Notes under the pieces: generated by a model
Database searches by the model: none
Told to the model about the DNA's origin: nothing
Seen by the model: only the letters and a program-made list of their open reading frames with translations
Program-made: the position numbers and the translations under genes
From: a virus
Lineage: Duplodnaviria; Caudoviricetes
IMG/VR virus record: IMGVR_UViG_3300043411_001021
Span: 1 to 52,155 of that record
Length of the DNA stretch: 52,155 bases
Direction: 5' to 3' (one strand)
Part shown: positions 25,793 through 34,259 of the stretch, piece after piece
Numbering within the stretch: position 1 is the first letter of the stretch
Layout: every line of letters starts with the position of its first letter

Positions 25793-26171
25793 TAAAAGCT
25801 ATTGTCAAAAAAACTAATGCAGTTATTCCGTTATTTAAAACTCTTGCTACAGGGAAGTATGCATTTGCAGGAGGTGAAAACATTGAGGGAACAATCGCTG
25901 AAATAAATCTACCAAAAGCTATAGATGCCCCAATTTTACGTAGTGCAGGGTATCGCCACAACCACACAGAAGCTATAGATAAGATACCAACAGCATTGGC
26001 TGTCCAACGATAATAATTCTCTAAGACTGTGTTATCAAACACCGGGGGTACAAAAAAACCGCTATTAAAGAAAAATAAAGCCATGTAAATAGGCCAAAAT
26101 TTAACTGCATTTGTTACAGCTTTATTTAATTTAAGTGTATAAAGGGTACGACGTTCCACTGTTTCTGTCAT
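25740..26171 (-). CDS. Multi-pass membrane protein
   Basis: About 4 hydrophobic segments. Confidence 0.7.
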   Translation of the reverse strand: MTETVERRTLYTLKLNKAVTNAVKFWPIYMALFFFNSGFFVPPVFDNTVLENYYRWTANAVGILSIASVWLWRYPALRKIGASIAFGRFISAIVPSMFSPPANAYFPVARVLNNGITALVFLTIAFIETPYIYSMVRSKYRGS

Positions 26172-26208
26172 ATCTTTATAGTATATATGGTAATTGAGTG
26201 TATTTAAC

Positions 26209-26502
26209 CTATATCACACTTATAATATTACTGATTATATTATCTGCTGACGTATTACCTATAAACCTTTTAACCTCTGTATCATCTTGCATGATAATTA
26301 TTGTAGGTATACTTAGGATTCCGAATTTAGAATTTAGATCTTTATTTTCATCTACATTGATTTTATAAAAATTGATATCAGGTAACACTCTAGAAGCTTC
26401 CTCTAAAGCGGGTACAACAGTTTTACAAGGCCCACACCAAGGTGCCCAAAAATCAAGTATATATATACCTTCTAAATTATCAACATTACTAATTTCTTGC
26501 AT
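26209..26502 (-). CDS. trxA: Thioredoxin
   Basis: DFWAPWCGPCK, SIPT. Confidence 0.95.
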   Translation of the reverse strand: MQEISNVDNLEGIYILDFWAPWCGPCKTVVPALEEASRVLPDINFYKINVDENKDLNSKFGILSIPTIIIMQDDTEVKRFIGNTSADNIISNIISVI

Positions 26503-26600
26503 CCCATATTATATCATAATTTAGAAGGTATATACATAAATAAATTATTTGTATATATTATTGACTTGCATTTTATTTAATTTTATGTTAATTTTTATAT

Positions 26601-26888
26601 ATGATAAAAACATACACATATACAAAAAAGCAAGCGTCCGAGCTACTAAATATTAGTCCTGCAAAAGTTGACGTACTAGCTAAGAAAGGCATCCTAACCA
26701 GAGTACGTAAAAATACTAATAATGATAGATCAGCATGGCTTTATAGTGCTGAGGAGCTTGGGATGATGCTTGCGAACAACAAAAAAGATGAAGAAGTGGT
26801 AGTCCCTGCTCCAACAGTGAGTAACGTTTCTGAAATCAGACCTGCCACATCAAAAGCTAAAAACCCATTTTGGAAATTTTGGAAATAA
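26601..26888 (+). CDS. HTH (excisionase/MerR-like) DNA-binding protein with amphipathic tail
   Basis: YTKKQASELLNIS...AKKGIL; C-terminal PFWKFWK. Confidence 0.75.
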   Translation: MIKTYTYTKKQASELLNISPAKVDVLAKKGILTRVRKNTNNDRSAWLYSAEELGMMLANNKKDEEVVVPAPTVSNVSEIRPATSKAKNPFWKFWK

Positions 26889-26892
26889 AAGC

Positions 26893-26921
26893 TTGCAATA
26901 ACTTTCTTTTAATGTTATTAT
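26893..26921 (+). promoter_or_regulatory. Sigma70-type promoter
   Basis: TTGCAA-17 nt-TATTAT with TG extension. Confidence 0.65.
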
Positions 26922-26969
26922 ATAAATAAGAAGCGGTTATGAAAGTCATTCATTCCATTTCTGTGTTGT

Positions 26970-27000
26970 AGGAGCTGATAGAAATATTAGCTCCTTTTTT
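26970..27000 (+). terminator. Rho-independent terminator
   Basis: AGGAGCTGATA-GAAA-TATTAGCTCCT followed by a T tract. Confidence 0.85.
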
Positions 27001-27021
27001 AATTCTAAATTTAAGGAACGC

Positions 27022-27193
27022 ATGTATTTTTTTACATCCCCTCACACCATTTTCGATTTTAGTAGCTCACGCAAATGGGCAAGACGCTACTAGCGGTGCG
27101 CAAATACAAGTACCACCCAACGATGTTGAATCTTATCAAATAATTACGACTACGCTAACCACACTTCTAAAGGAGATATCAAATGACAATTGA
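27022..27193 (+). pseudogene. Small gene interrupted by a +1 frameshift in a T7 run
   Basis: SD AAGGA + ATG; removing one T at 27027-27033 gives a 56-aa ORF overlapping the next start. Confidence 0.45.
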
Positions 27194-27401
27194 AAATAAG
27201 AACGACAATATCCCACACATAAACTTACATGTACGAGGGAGTAGCCGATTTATCTGCGTGAATTATAATGGGGTGTCAGATACCTTTCTTGTAGATGAGT
27301 TAAAGTTTCTAACAGATGGGACTTACTATATCAATAACGCGATCAACAAACTCACAGCCACAGTTATAAAAAGATATGATGATGGTAAAGAAAACAACTA
27401 A
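27183..27401 (+). CDS. Hypothetical protein
   Basis: SD AAGGAG. Confidence 0.75.
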   Translation: MTIENKNDNIPHINLHVRGSSRFICVNYNGVSDTFLVDELKFLTDGTYYINNAINKLTATVIKRYDDGKENN

Positions 27402-27463
27402 AGAATACTTACGTAAATTACGGGAAGATAAGAAAAACCAAGAGAATAAGGGAAAGAAGAACA

Positions 27464-27769
27464 GTGCAACCACTAGATAATATTATTGAATACGCAACTA
27501 ATAATAAATATGCTTTTACAGTAAAAACTAGGAAGGATGATCGTACCATATACCCTGTAGTAGCTGTTCTCATCAATCCTCTACAATCCCAAGTATTATT
27601 TTACTCACAGCTCTGGGCACGTGGGGGTACTTTGATGTTGGAGGAGCAGTTAAAGATAGGTGTAAAGCGTGCTATTTCGAGAGAGCTGAAGCATTTATCT
27701 AAATTTAAAAATACAGACTATATCCACTATATAATAACTGAGATGCAAAGTGAGTTAGTGTCATGCTAG
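27464..27769 (+). CDS. Hypothetical protein
   Basis: ORF in operon. Confidence 0.65.
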   Translation: MQPLDNIIEYATNNKYAFTVKTRKDDRTIYPVVAVLINPLQSQVLFYSQLWARGGTLMLEEQLKIGVKRAISRELKHLSKFKNTDYIHYIITEMQSELVSC

Positions 27770-28083
27770 AAAATGTTGTACAGCAATTTCACGATTTTAC
27801 AGATTTAAACGAATATACAAATAATCAGGTCGGATTCATCCAGAAAGAAAATGAAGACGTGTGGTACTTTGCACGTAAAGAGGTATCACCTACACTCATA
27901 CTTATTCTTAATCTAGTTATACATAAAGACGACTCGTACTCAATTGTGCTTGAGAATTATATAAAAAAGCAAGATGTTGGGTGGGAATCACACTCTATGA
28001 GACTAAATACCCCAAATAACGTATCTAAAAAGTTTGTTCTTAAAGATTTAATTTTAAAATGGAACCATAAATTAACCATTTAA
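27763..28083 (+). CDS. Hypothetical protein
   Basis: Overlapping start/stop. Confidence 0.7.
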   Translation: MLENVVQQFHDFTDLNEYTNNQVGFIQKENEDVWYFARKEVSPTLILILNLVIHKDDSYSIVLENYIKKQDVGWESHSMRLNTPNNVSKKFVLKDLILKWNHKLTI

Positions 28084-28122
28084 GGTGTTCTACCAGGTAT
28101 TTTATAAAATAATTTTTTGTTC

Positions 28123-28151
28123 TTGACATTGAATTTTCCTTATTGTATGAT
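28123..28151 (+). promoter_or_regulatory. Sigma70-type promoter
   Basis: TTGACA-17 nt-TATGAT. Confidence 0.8.
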
Positions 28152-28204
28152 ATGAATAACACACAAGAAATGTGTGCCAACATAGAAAAGGACAAAGGAC
28201 AACA

Positions 28205-28600
28205 ATGAACGAAGATAAAGAAAAACTACGACTAGATCGTAATCTAATTAAAAAAGAAAAAAAGCCTAGTAAATTTAAAAAGTTTGCAGGTAGTAGTGTG
28301 ATTAATTACATGTTACTGGGGGCGATACTTGTAGCAGTTACCTATGCATTTGGATACCACCAAGGCTCTAAATTACCTGAACCAACACCTGCTAATTCTA
28401 TTTGTAGAAAATTTGCTACAGAAGTGCCACTTTACTATAAAGCACAAACTGGAGCTATCTTTGGGGAAAAACCACCAACAGGTAGTTTAAATAAAGAACA
28501 ATTAGATGCTTTAGCTAAAGACTGCGATGAAAACATTAATGTTTATACCTATATCAACCCTACCGAAACAGTTCCGACAACTAAGGTGGTGAAGAAATAA
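28205..28600 (+). CDS. Single-pass membrane protein
   Basis: Basic N-terminus, TM YMLLGAILVAVTYAFGY; ATG 28205 with SD AAGGA. Confidence 0.7.
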   Translation: MNEDKEKLRLDRNLIKKEKKPSKFKKFAGSSVINYMLLGAILVAVTYAFGYHQGSKLPEPTPANSICRKFATEVPLYYKAQTGAIFGEKPPTGSLNKEQLDALAKDCDENINVYTYINPTETVPTTKVVKK

Positions 28601-28698
28601 TGCGCGTTTTAAAAAGAGACCATAAATTCACCGACGGATGGTTACCTATCGCAGTAGCCTCAATAACATTTTGTTACTTCCTGTCAAAGTTAGGGTAG
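28600..28698 (+). CDS. Small membrane peptide (32 aa)
   Basis: MRVLKRDHKFTDGWLPIAVASITFCYFLSKLG*; TAATG coupling. Confidence 0.5.
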   Translation: MRVLKRDHKFTDGWLPIAVASITFCYFLSKLG

Positions 28699-28700
28699 TG

Positions 28701-29315
28701 ATGTTTACTAAATTATTATATATAGGAACTGTTGGTTTATTCTCTGTTTTGGGATTTAACATCTCTGGATCAGACACACAACCTTCCATGTTAAGTAGTC
28801 CTGCACAAGCTGCTCCAACGGAAGATACAATAGAAACAATCCCAGCTGTAGTAGAAACATCTTTTCATAGAGGATTTACAAACTTACAAGCTCAACCTTG
28901 TCGTAATGACCACACTCGTGAGTATTACGAGAGTGATCTAATAAGTAAAGATGAAACAGCACATGTACTTATATCAATAGGTGCTACTACTGGACAAGCG
29001 GATATTCTAAGTGCTATTGCACGAGCTGAGTCCGCAAATCAAAATAATTGTTTTGGCGATGATTCGTCCGAGTATTATGGTAAACCTACAAATAATGGAA
29101 AACATTGGGGTCCATCGTATGGAAATTTTCAAATAAGAACAATATTAGAGGAATCTAATACAGGTACTTGTAGGGATATTGAACGGTTACGACTCAACCT
29201 TGTTGAGCAGTCTAAATGTGCCATGGAACTATCAAATGGTGGAACTAAATTTTCACCTACTTGGTCAACATACACTAATGGAAAATATAAAAAATGGCTA
29301 GGGAAAACCTGGTAA
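28701..29315 (+). CDS. Exported lytic transglycosylase (SLT/lysozyme-like)
   Basis: Signal peptide; AIARAES (catalytic Glu), SYGNFQI, SNGG.KFSPTWSTY..GKY. Confidence 0.8.
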   Translation: MFTKLLYIGTVGLFSVLGFNISGSDTQPSMLSSPAQAAPTEDTIETIPAVVETSFHRGFTNLQAQPCRNDHTREYYESDLISKDETAHVLISIGATTGQADILSAIARAESANQNNCFGDDSSEYYGKPTNNGKHWGPSYGNFQIRTILEESNTGTCRDIERLRLNLVEQSKCAMELSNGGTKFSPTWSTYTNGKYKKWLGKTW

Positions 29316-29325
29316 GAAGGAAAAA

Positions 29326-29718
29326 ATGAAAAAATACATAACAAGACAGAACATAGTAAGAGTTGTATTATTATTATTAGCAATAGTAATAATATCCACT
29401 CTATCAGTACAGAAAAGCAATGCTAATGAGCAGGCTAATAAATCAAAAGAAGAAGTTGAAAGTGTTCGTAGATCAGTGAGCGCTAAAGATTCACGTATAA
29501 GCGATTGTGTCGAAGTTATGGACGCATCTATTGCGGCAAATGCTTACTACATACTTTCAGACATGACACTAAGAGAGGCTCTACTAAAAGCAATTAATGG
29601 TGATGTTAGCACTTTAACTGCGGATATTAGAACAGCTAATGGCCATAGAGACACAGCGCAGATAGAATCAGATAAATACACTCTATCACAAGTTAATATG
29701 TGTAGAGATGGTAAATAG
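29326..29718 (+). CDS. Membrane-anchored/exported helical protein
   Basis: N-terminal hydrophobic segment followed by a coiled region. Confidence 0.7.
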   Translation: MKKYITRQNIVRVVLLLLAIVIISTLSVQKSNANEQANKSKEEVESVRRSVSAKDSRISDCVEVMDASIAANAYYILSDMTLREALLKAINGDVSTLTADIRTANGHRDTAQIESDKYTLSQVNMCRDGK

Positions 29719-29829
29719 CTACTGACAGCTTTCGCAGCTCTCTGGATTCTCTAGGGAGCAAGCTGTTTTTTCATCTACAATGATTTCTTCCTCATCAGCA
29801 AAAAATGCTTCTAGATCATCGTTACCCAT
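29719..29829 (-). CDS. 36-aa acidic microprotein ending ACSLENPESCESCQ
   Basis: Manual translation; overlaps the holin stop; resembles ribonucleotide reductase alpha C-terminal CxxC tails. Confidence 0.65.
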   Translation of the reverse strand: MGNDDLEAFFADEEEIIVDEKTACSLENPESCESCQ

Positions 29830-30082
29830 TTATTTTAAAACCAATATTCTTAAGACGATCTAAGATAGAAGGTTTTCCTTCTAATTTATTAATATTCAAT
29901 GTCTGTACTCTAACATTCTTTATGAATGATAATACAGCAGCAGCTCCGCCAATTACTACAACTTTTAATGTAGAAATATCTGTGTAATTAAACCCAGATG
30001 CAATTAATAACGCAATACCAGCTTGCCAGAATGTGCTTAAAGCACGCTTTCCAATTTCTTGCCAATTATAAACTTTAATCAT
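29822..30082 (-). CDS. Holin (r1t-like)
   Basis: W..IGKRALSTFWQAGIA..., two TM segments, near the endolysin. Confidence 0.75.
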   Translation of the reverse strand: MIKVYNWQEIGKRALSTFWQAGIALLIASGFNYTDISTLKVVVIGGAAAVLSFIKNVRVQTLNINKLEGKPSILDRLKNIGFKING

Positions 30083-30245
30083 TTACTTTAACTCCTTTTA
30101 AAACTTTTTTCTTTACAGGCGGTCTATTAATAATATTATCTAAATACCATTTATTATATTCTTCTTCGGTTTTTTCAGTAGCATCTTTTGGCATATCAGT
30201 TTCACATGTGCCCCAGTGATTAGGTGTTAATGAATAATAAATCAT
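30075..30245 (-). CDS. Small hypothetical protein (tail-fibre associated?)
   Basis: TAATG-coupled start MIYYSL...; EKTEEEY motif. Confidence 0.55.
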   Translation of the reverse strand: MIYYSLTPNHWGTCETDMPKDATEKTEEEYNKWYLDNIINRPPVKKKVLKGVKVND

Positions 30246-30916
30246 TAAACGACCTCGGCAATAAAAGCAGCAAGTACTTGTACAGAGCAAGCTGCTGAGT
30301 AATAAGTAGGTTGTAATCCAGGACCTGTATACCAGTATTGCCTGGCCTGAAAGGTATAAGTTGAGCCAATAGGTACTTCTATAAAATTAGTTATAGACTT
30401 ACCCTGTTGAAAAGTCATATTACCTTCATCATACGTAGAAGCTTTATCCGTATCTGATACAGTATAACTTCCGTTTACACCTGTTTGCATATGTACAGTA
30501 TTAGAACTACCATTACCGTTATCACCATAGAGTTGATAGTCCCAGCTAAAAGAATATCTAACGACAGCGACCATAGGATATATAGTCGAAGGGTTTGAAA
30601 AAGATAAATTAGAAGTCGTAGCATAAGGACCATAGGACCCGTTAGGAGCTGCTGGTTGATTTATAGTAACTGCACCAGTGACCGCACCAGTAGCTGCGCG
30701 TCTCTGCGGATTAACTTTTGAACCAAGTTCACCAGCAGTTGTCATAAACAATCCGTTGTTTTTAGGAGCAGCAGCGATACCTGTTGTATTACCAGCTATC
30801 ACTAATTTTAAACCATTAACACCACAAGTAGTACCACCTAGTGGATCACTTACAATTGTCATATTACCGGAACCTTCATCCCAACCAATACAATTTCCTA
30901 CACAATAACCGGACAT
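30245..30916 (-). CDS. Minor tail/virion protein
   Basis: Gly/Thr-rich beta protein with Cys N-terminus; tail context. Confidence 0.55.
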   Translation of the reverse strand: MSGYCVGNCIGWDEGSGNMTIVSDPLGGTTCGVNGLKLVIAGNTTGIAAAPKNNGLFMTTAGELGSKVNPQRRAATGAVTGAVTINQPAAPNGSYGPYATTSNLSFSNPSTIYPMVAVVRYSFSWDYQLYGDNGNGSSNTVHMQTGVNGSYTVSDTDKASTYDEGNMTFQQGKSITNFIEVPIGSTYTFQARQYWYTGPGLQPTYYSAACSVQVLAAFIAEVV

Positions 30917-31918
30917 TTATCCCCCAAAAATCGCTGACCAAGTAATTTTACCAACTACTCCGTCAATTGTAAGATGCTTAAATTGTTGAAAATCTCTAAT
31001 AGCTTGTTCTGTTTTACCACCAAAATCTCCATCAACAGCAATATTCATACCACCATCTTTAAGTTTTTGTTGAACTAATTTAACAATGTCTCCTCTAGAT
31101 CCTTTTTTCAATAGTCCAGGATAATTAGGAATAGCTGTAGGTGTTGGCGCTGGTGCGCTAGGTGTAGAATCTCTAAATAATGTATTCCAAGTATTTTTAC
31201 CCACAATACCATCTTTGGTGAGTCCTTTTAACTCCTGAAAAGCTTTAACTGTATTTTCAGTTTCTACTCCAAAATCTCCATCCGCTTTAATACCGAGTTT
31301 GACCTGTAACTGTATTACATAGCCTCCCTTTGCTCCTCGCTTTAAAAGCATAGGATATGCAGGATAATCTTTAACAGGCGCTACAGGAGCACTAGGAACG
31401 ACTACAACAGGCGCTGGTTGATCTCCAGTGATATATTCTTTAGCATTTGCGTAAATACTAGCAATTTGAGCTTTTAAGTTAGTTCCACAACAAGCTGTCG
31501 CATAAACTTCACTATGACTACGTAGTGTAAATGTTGGAGTCACGTTACCTTGTTCTACAAAAGATTCAATAACACGAGCAATTGACTCTAATGCTTCTGG
31601 TGTAGGTATTTCCCCAACATAATTACCAATTAAGGCAATTCCTAAACTTACAGCATTTTGACCTTTAGTATGTGCACCAAGAGCTGGTACTGATCCTTTA
31701 TAACGACCTTGTAATACATCACCATTTGGATGTACCATAATTGTGTAAGGGACATCAATATAAGAACTATAACTGGTCACACGACGTGCATCTGCACTTG
31801 AATCATCTGTTACTGATGTAACAGTGTGGTGTAAGTAAATTGTACTTACAGGTAAATTCATAGATTGGAGTTGAGCCAAAGGTGCTCTCGCTCCCCAAGT
31901 TTCTTTATCTTTATACAT
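30917..31918 (-). CDS. Endolysin: N-acetylmuramoyl-L-alanine amidase + 2 PG-binding domains
   Basis: WGAR, LHHT, GAHTKGQN, HSEV.ATACCG; two DGDFG..TE...FQ...L..DG.VG..TW repeats; start at MYKDK (track start 31957). Confidence 0.92.
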   Translation of the reverse strand: MYKDKETWGARAPLAQLQSMNLPVSTIYLHHTVTSVTDDSSADARRVTSYSSYIDVPYTIMVHPNGDVLQGRYKGSVPALGAHTKGQNAVSLGIALIGNYVGEIPTPEALESIARVIESFVEQGNVTPTFTLRSHSEVYATACCGTNLKAQIASIYANAKEYITGDQPAPVVVVPSAPVAPVKDYPAYPMLLKRGAKGGYVIQLQVKLGIKADGDFGVETENTVKAFQELKGLTKDGIVGKNTWNTLFRDSTPSAPAPTPTAIPNYPGLLKKGSRGDIVKLVQQKLKDGGMNIAVDGDFGGKTEQAIRDFQQFKHLTIDGVVGKITWSAIFGG

Positions 31919-31997
31919 AAAATCCTTCATTTTGAGAGTTATGTACCATTTTACCACTTTTTAAGATGTTATGGGTGTTAATTAGGATTGTTTTTAT

Positions 31998-34259
31998 TTA
32001 ATTATAAATAAGTATGGATGATGAGTTATAGTAACAATTTTTACCAGAATCATTTATTGTCCAAGAATTGTCAGTTATTATACTTGTACGTGCAGCTTCA
32101 CTTGTGCAGTATACACTTCTACCAGCATCAAATGTAACAGATGGTTGTAAAGTTAATGCACTCCAACCAGTAAGTGTTGCGTCATAGTTAGCTCTAGATA
32201 ATCCAGCTGCTGGATCTCCTTCTGCAGTCACCCCTCCAAACATACTACTCATATCCGTTACATTACTAACATCCCAATTATCTAATGGTTGATCAAATAC
32301 CAAACAATTTGAGAATAGATAAGACATATTTGTTATATTACTAACATCCCAATTATCTAATGGTTGATCAAATGATTTTGCATAAGTGAATGTAAGATCC
32401 ATATTTAATAGACTACTAGTATCCCAACTATTTAATGGTTGATTAAATAGTAATGCATAAAGAAACATACTACTCATATCCGTTACATTACTAACATCCC
32501 AATTATCTAATGGTTGATTGAATGTAAATGTAAATGTAAACATACTACTCATATCCGTTACATTACTAGTATCCCAACTATTTAATGGTTGGTTAAAGCC
32601 AAACGCCTGTTCAAACATATGTGACATGTCAGTTACATTACTAGTATTCCAACTATCTATGGATTGGTTAAGTGATCTAGCATCTGTGAACATGTATGAC
32701 ATATCTGTTACGTTCGATAAGTCCGGTTGATCTTGCGCAATTATAGATAAATTTCTACACCCATTAAATGCCCCATGCATAGATGTCCACGCAATATCCC
32801 CCCAATTATATATTGCTACTACTTTAAGGGCATCTTTATAAAATGTCTCACCGTCAAAAAATATTCTAGGGAAATCTCCAGTTATTTTTATAACATAGTA
32901 ACCACTATAAGTATAGAAATGTGTAGCATCACCTGTTACGGATGTACTCGTATTACCATCCCCCCAATCAACATCATAATCATATCCAGTACCTGTTGTT
33001 GGAATCGTAAATTGCATTGCTAAAGAGTCCGCAGGGACAGTTGTTTTTACCAGCATTACAAATTCGTCTGGGGTAAAAGTAACATTCTCAAAAGGTTTAA
33101 TATACTCAACTACAGCCCATAAAGAAGATACTTCAATATAACTCTCCTCTTCATCAGGATTAGAAACTGAAACACCTATAAATAAAGTATCCTTTAAAGC
33201 AATATTGGTTACAGGTGCAGATGTCACACCTAACGACATACGTGTGTGTGCAAAATTAGTATACCCGTTATAACTATCACCATTAGTTGTCCAATCATCA
33301 TTGTTTATGTTAAAGAAGGGGGGGCCTGTATAAGAAATTGGCCCCATAGCTACTCCCACTGCTGGGTAGTATGTGGGTGGAATTTCTATATTGGACCTCC
33401 AACGCACAGACACTTGTCCGTATGTTAATATACTTAAAGTATCTAATTCCATATTATCTAATTTAAAAAATTCAGCAGATCCAGATAATGTAGCTGCTAT
33501 ATATGTATTATCATCGGGAGGATTATTATTTAGTAGCATAAAAGTAGAATCATTTATTGGAGCCCTATCAGGGCCAACAACAAATCTATTAGCATTACCT
33601 AGAAATGTATAATCACTAAAAGATGTAGGAAATAAATATTCAACAATACCTTCACCAGGATACCCACCATCAACACCATCAACATACGTACCCTCATTAA
33701 TAGCTAAATCATCAAAATACCACACGCCATTAACTTGAGCTTCATTATTTAAATTACCACCAACAATGTAATAAGTACAGGTAGAGCTTAGACTACGAGT
33801 AGAGCTAGTAGCAATTACGACCCCATCGACCATTAACTCGACGGTATCAGATCCAGCACCTACCTTATTAACATGTAATTCAATACGATACCATATATCA
33901 CTAGATAATATAGTTGTGCCAGAGATTTGACCATCTTCGTCATATAGCTTTAAAACTCCAGTATTGTCAATTGTTGCGTACGCTAGGTCTGCATTAACGC
34001 TTATAAACCTATTCTCAGCAGAAGGGAATGTCCCAAAGTTAACGTAACTACGAAAATACATAGTATCTGCAACAAGTGATGAAGGTAAAACACTCTTGAA
34101 CCCTTGTAAGACACCAGATTCAAGTGATGATATTTTACCAGAGTATTTCCCAGATCTTACTGTTATCGGGGATATTGAAGCATTACTATAAACATTTGTG
34201 AATTCAACACCATCGTCTGTTGTATTTATTTCAAATCCGAAGGTTTGAACTCTAGACAT
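31998..34259 (-). CDS. Virion/adhesin-like protein with lectin-like N-terminus, PKD-like segment and BspA/DUF285 repeats
   Basis: WYRIEL...FDDLAIN, VDWGDG, repeated FNQPLxxWDxSNVTDMSxMF. Confidence 0.8.
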   Translation of the reverse strand: MSRVQTFGFEINTTDDGVEFTNVYSNASISPITVRSGKYSGKISSLESGVLQGFKSVLPSSLVADTMYFRSYVNFGTFPSAENRFISVNADLAYATIDNTGVLKLYDEDGQISGTTILSSDIWYRIELHVNKVGAGSDTVELMVDGVVIATSSTRSLSSTCTYYIVGGNLNNEAQVNGVWYFDDLAINEGTYVDGVDGGYPGEGIVEYLFPTSFSDYTFLGNANRFVVGPDRAPINDSTFMLLNNNPPDDNTYIAATLSGSAEFFKLDNMELDTLSILTYGQVSVRWRSNIEIPPTYYPAVGVAMGPISYTGPPFFNINNDDWTTNGDSYNGYTNFAHTRMSLGVTSAPVTNIALKDTLFIGVSVSNPDEEESYIEVSSLWAVVEYIKPFENVTFTPDEFVMLVKTTVPADSLAMQFTIPTTGTGYDYDVDWGDGNTSTSVTGDATHFYTYSGYYVIKITGDFPRIFFDGETFYKDALKVVAIYNWGDIAWTSMHGAFNGCRNLSIIAQDQPDLSNVTDMSYMFTDARSLNQSIDSWNTSNVTDMSHMFEQAFGFNQPLNSWDTSNVTDMSSMFTFTFTFNQPLDNWDVSNVTDMSSMFLYALLFNQPLNSWDTSSLLNMDLTFTYAKSFDQPLDNWDVSNITNMSYLFSNCLVFDQPLDNWDVSNVTDMSSMFGGVTAEGDPAAGLSRANYDATLTGWSALTLQPSVTFDAGRSVYCTSEAARTSIITDNSWTINDSGKNCYYNSSSILIYN
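32238..32720 (-). repeat. 75-bp (25-aa) tandem DUF285-type repeats
   Basis: About 6 units; 32238-32293 is identical to 32463-32518. Confidence 0.9.

Noticed and set aside
29780-29800. Minus-strand CTGATGA..GAAA hammerhead-like core
   Set aside because: No stem II; explained by the Ala-Asp-Glu-Glu-Glu codons of the microprotein
32238-32720. DGR template/variable repeat pair
   Set aside because: The repeats are tandem coding units, differences are not adenine-specific, and there is no reverse transcriptase in the window
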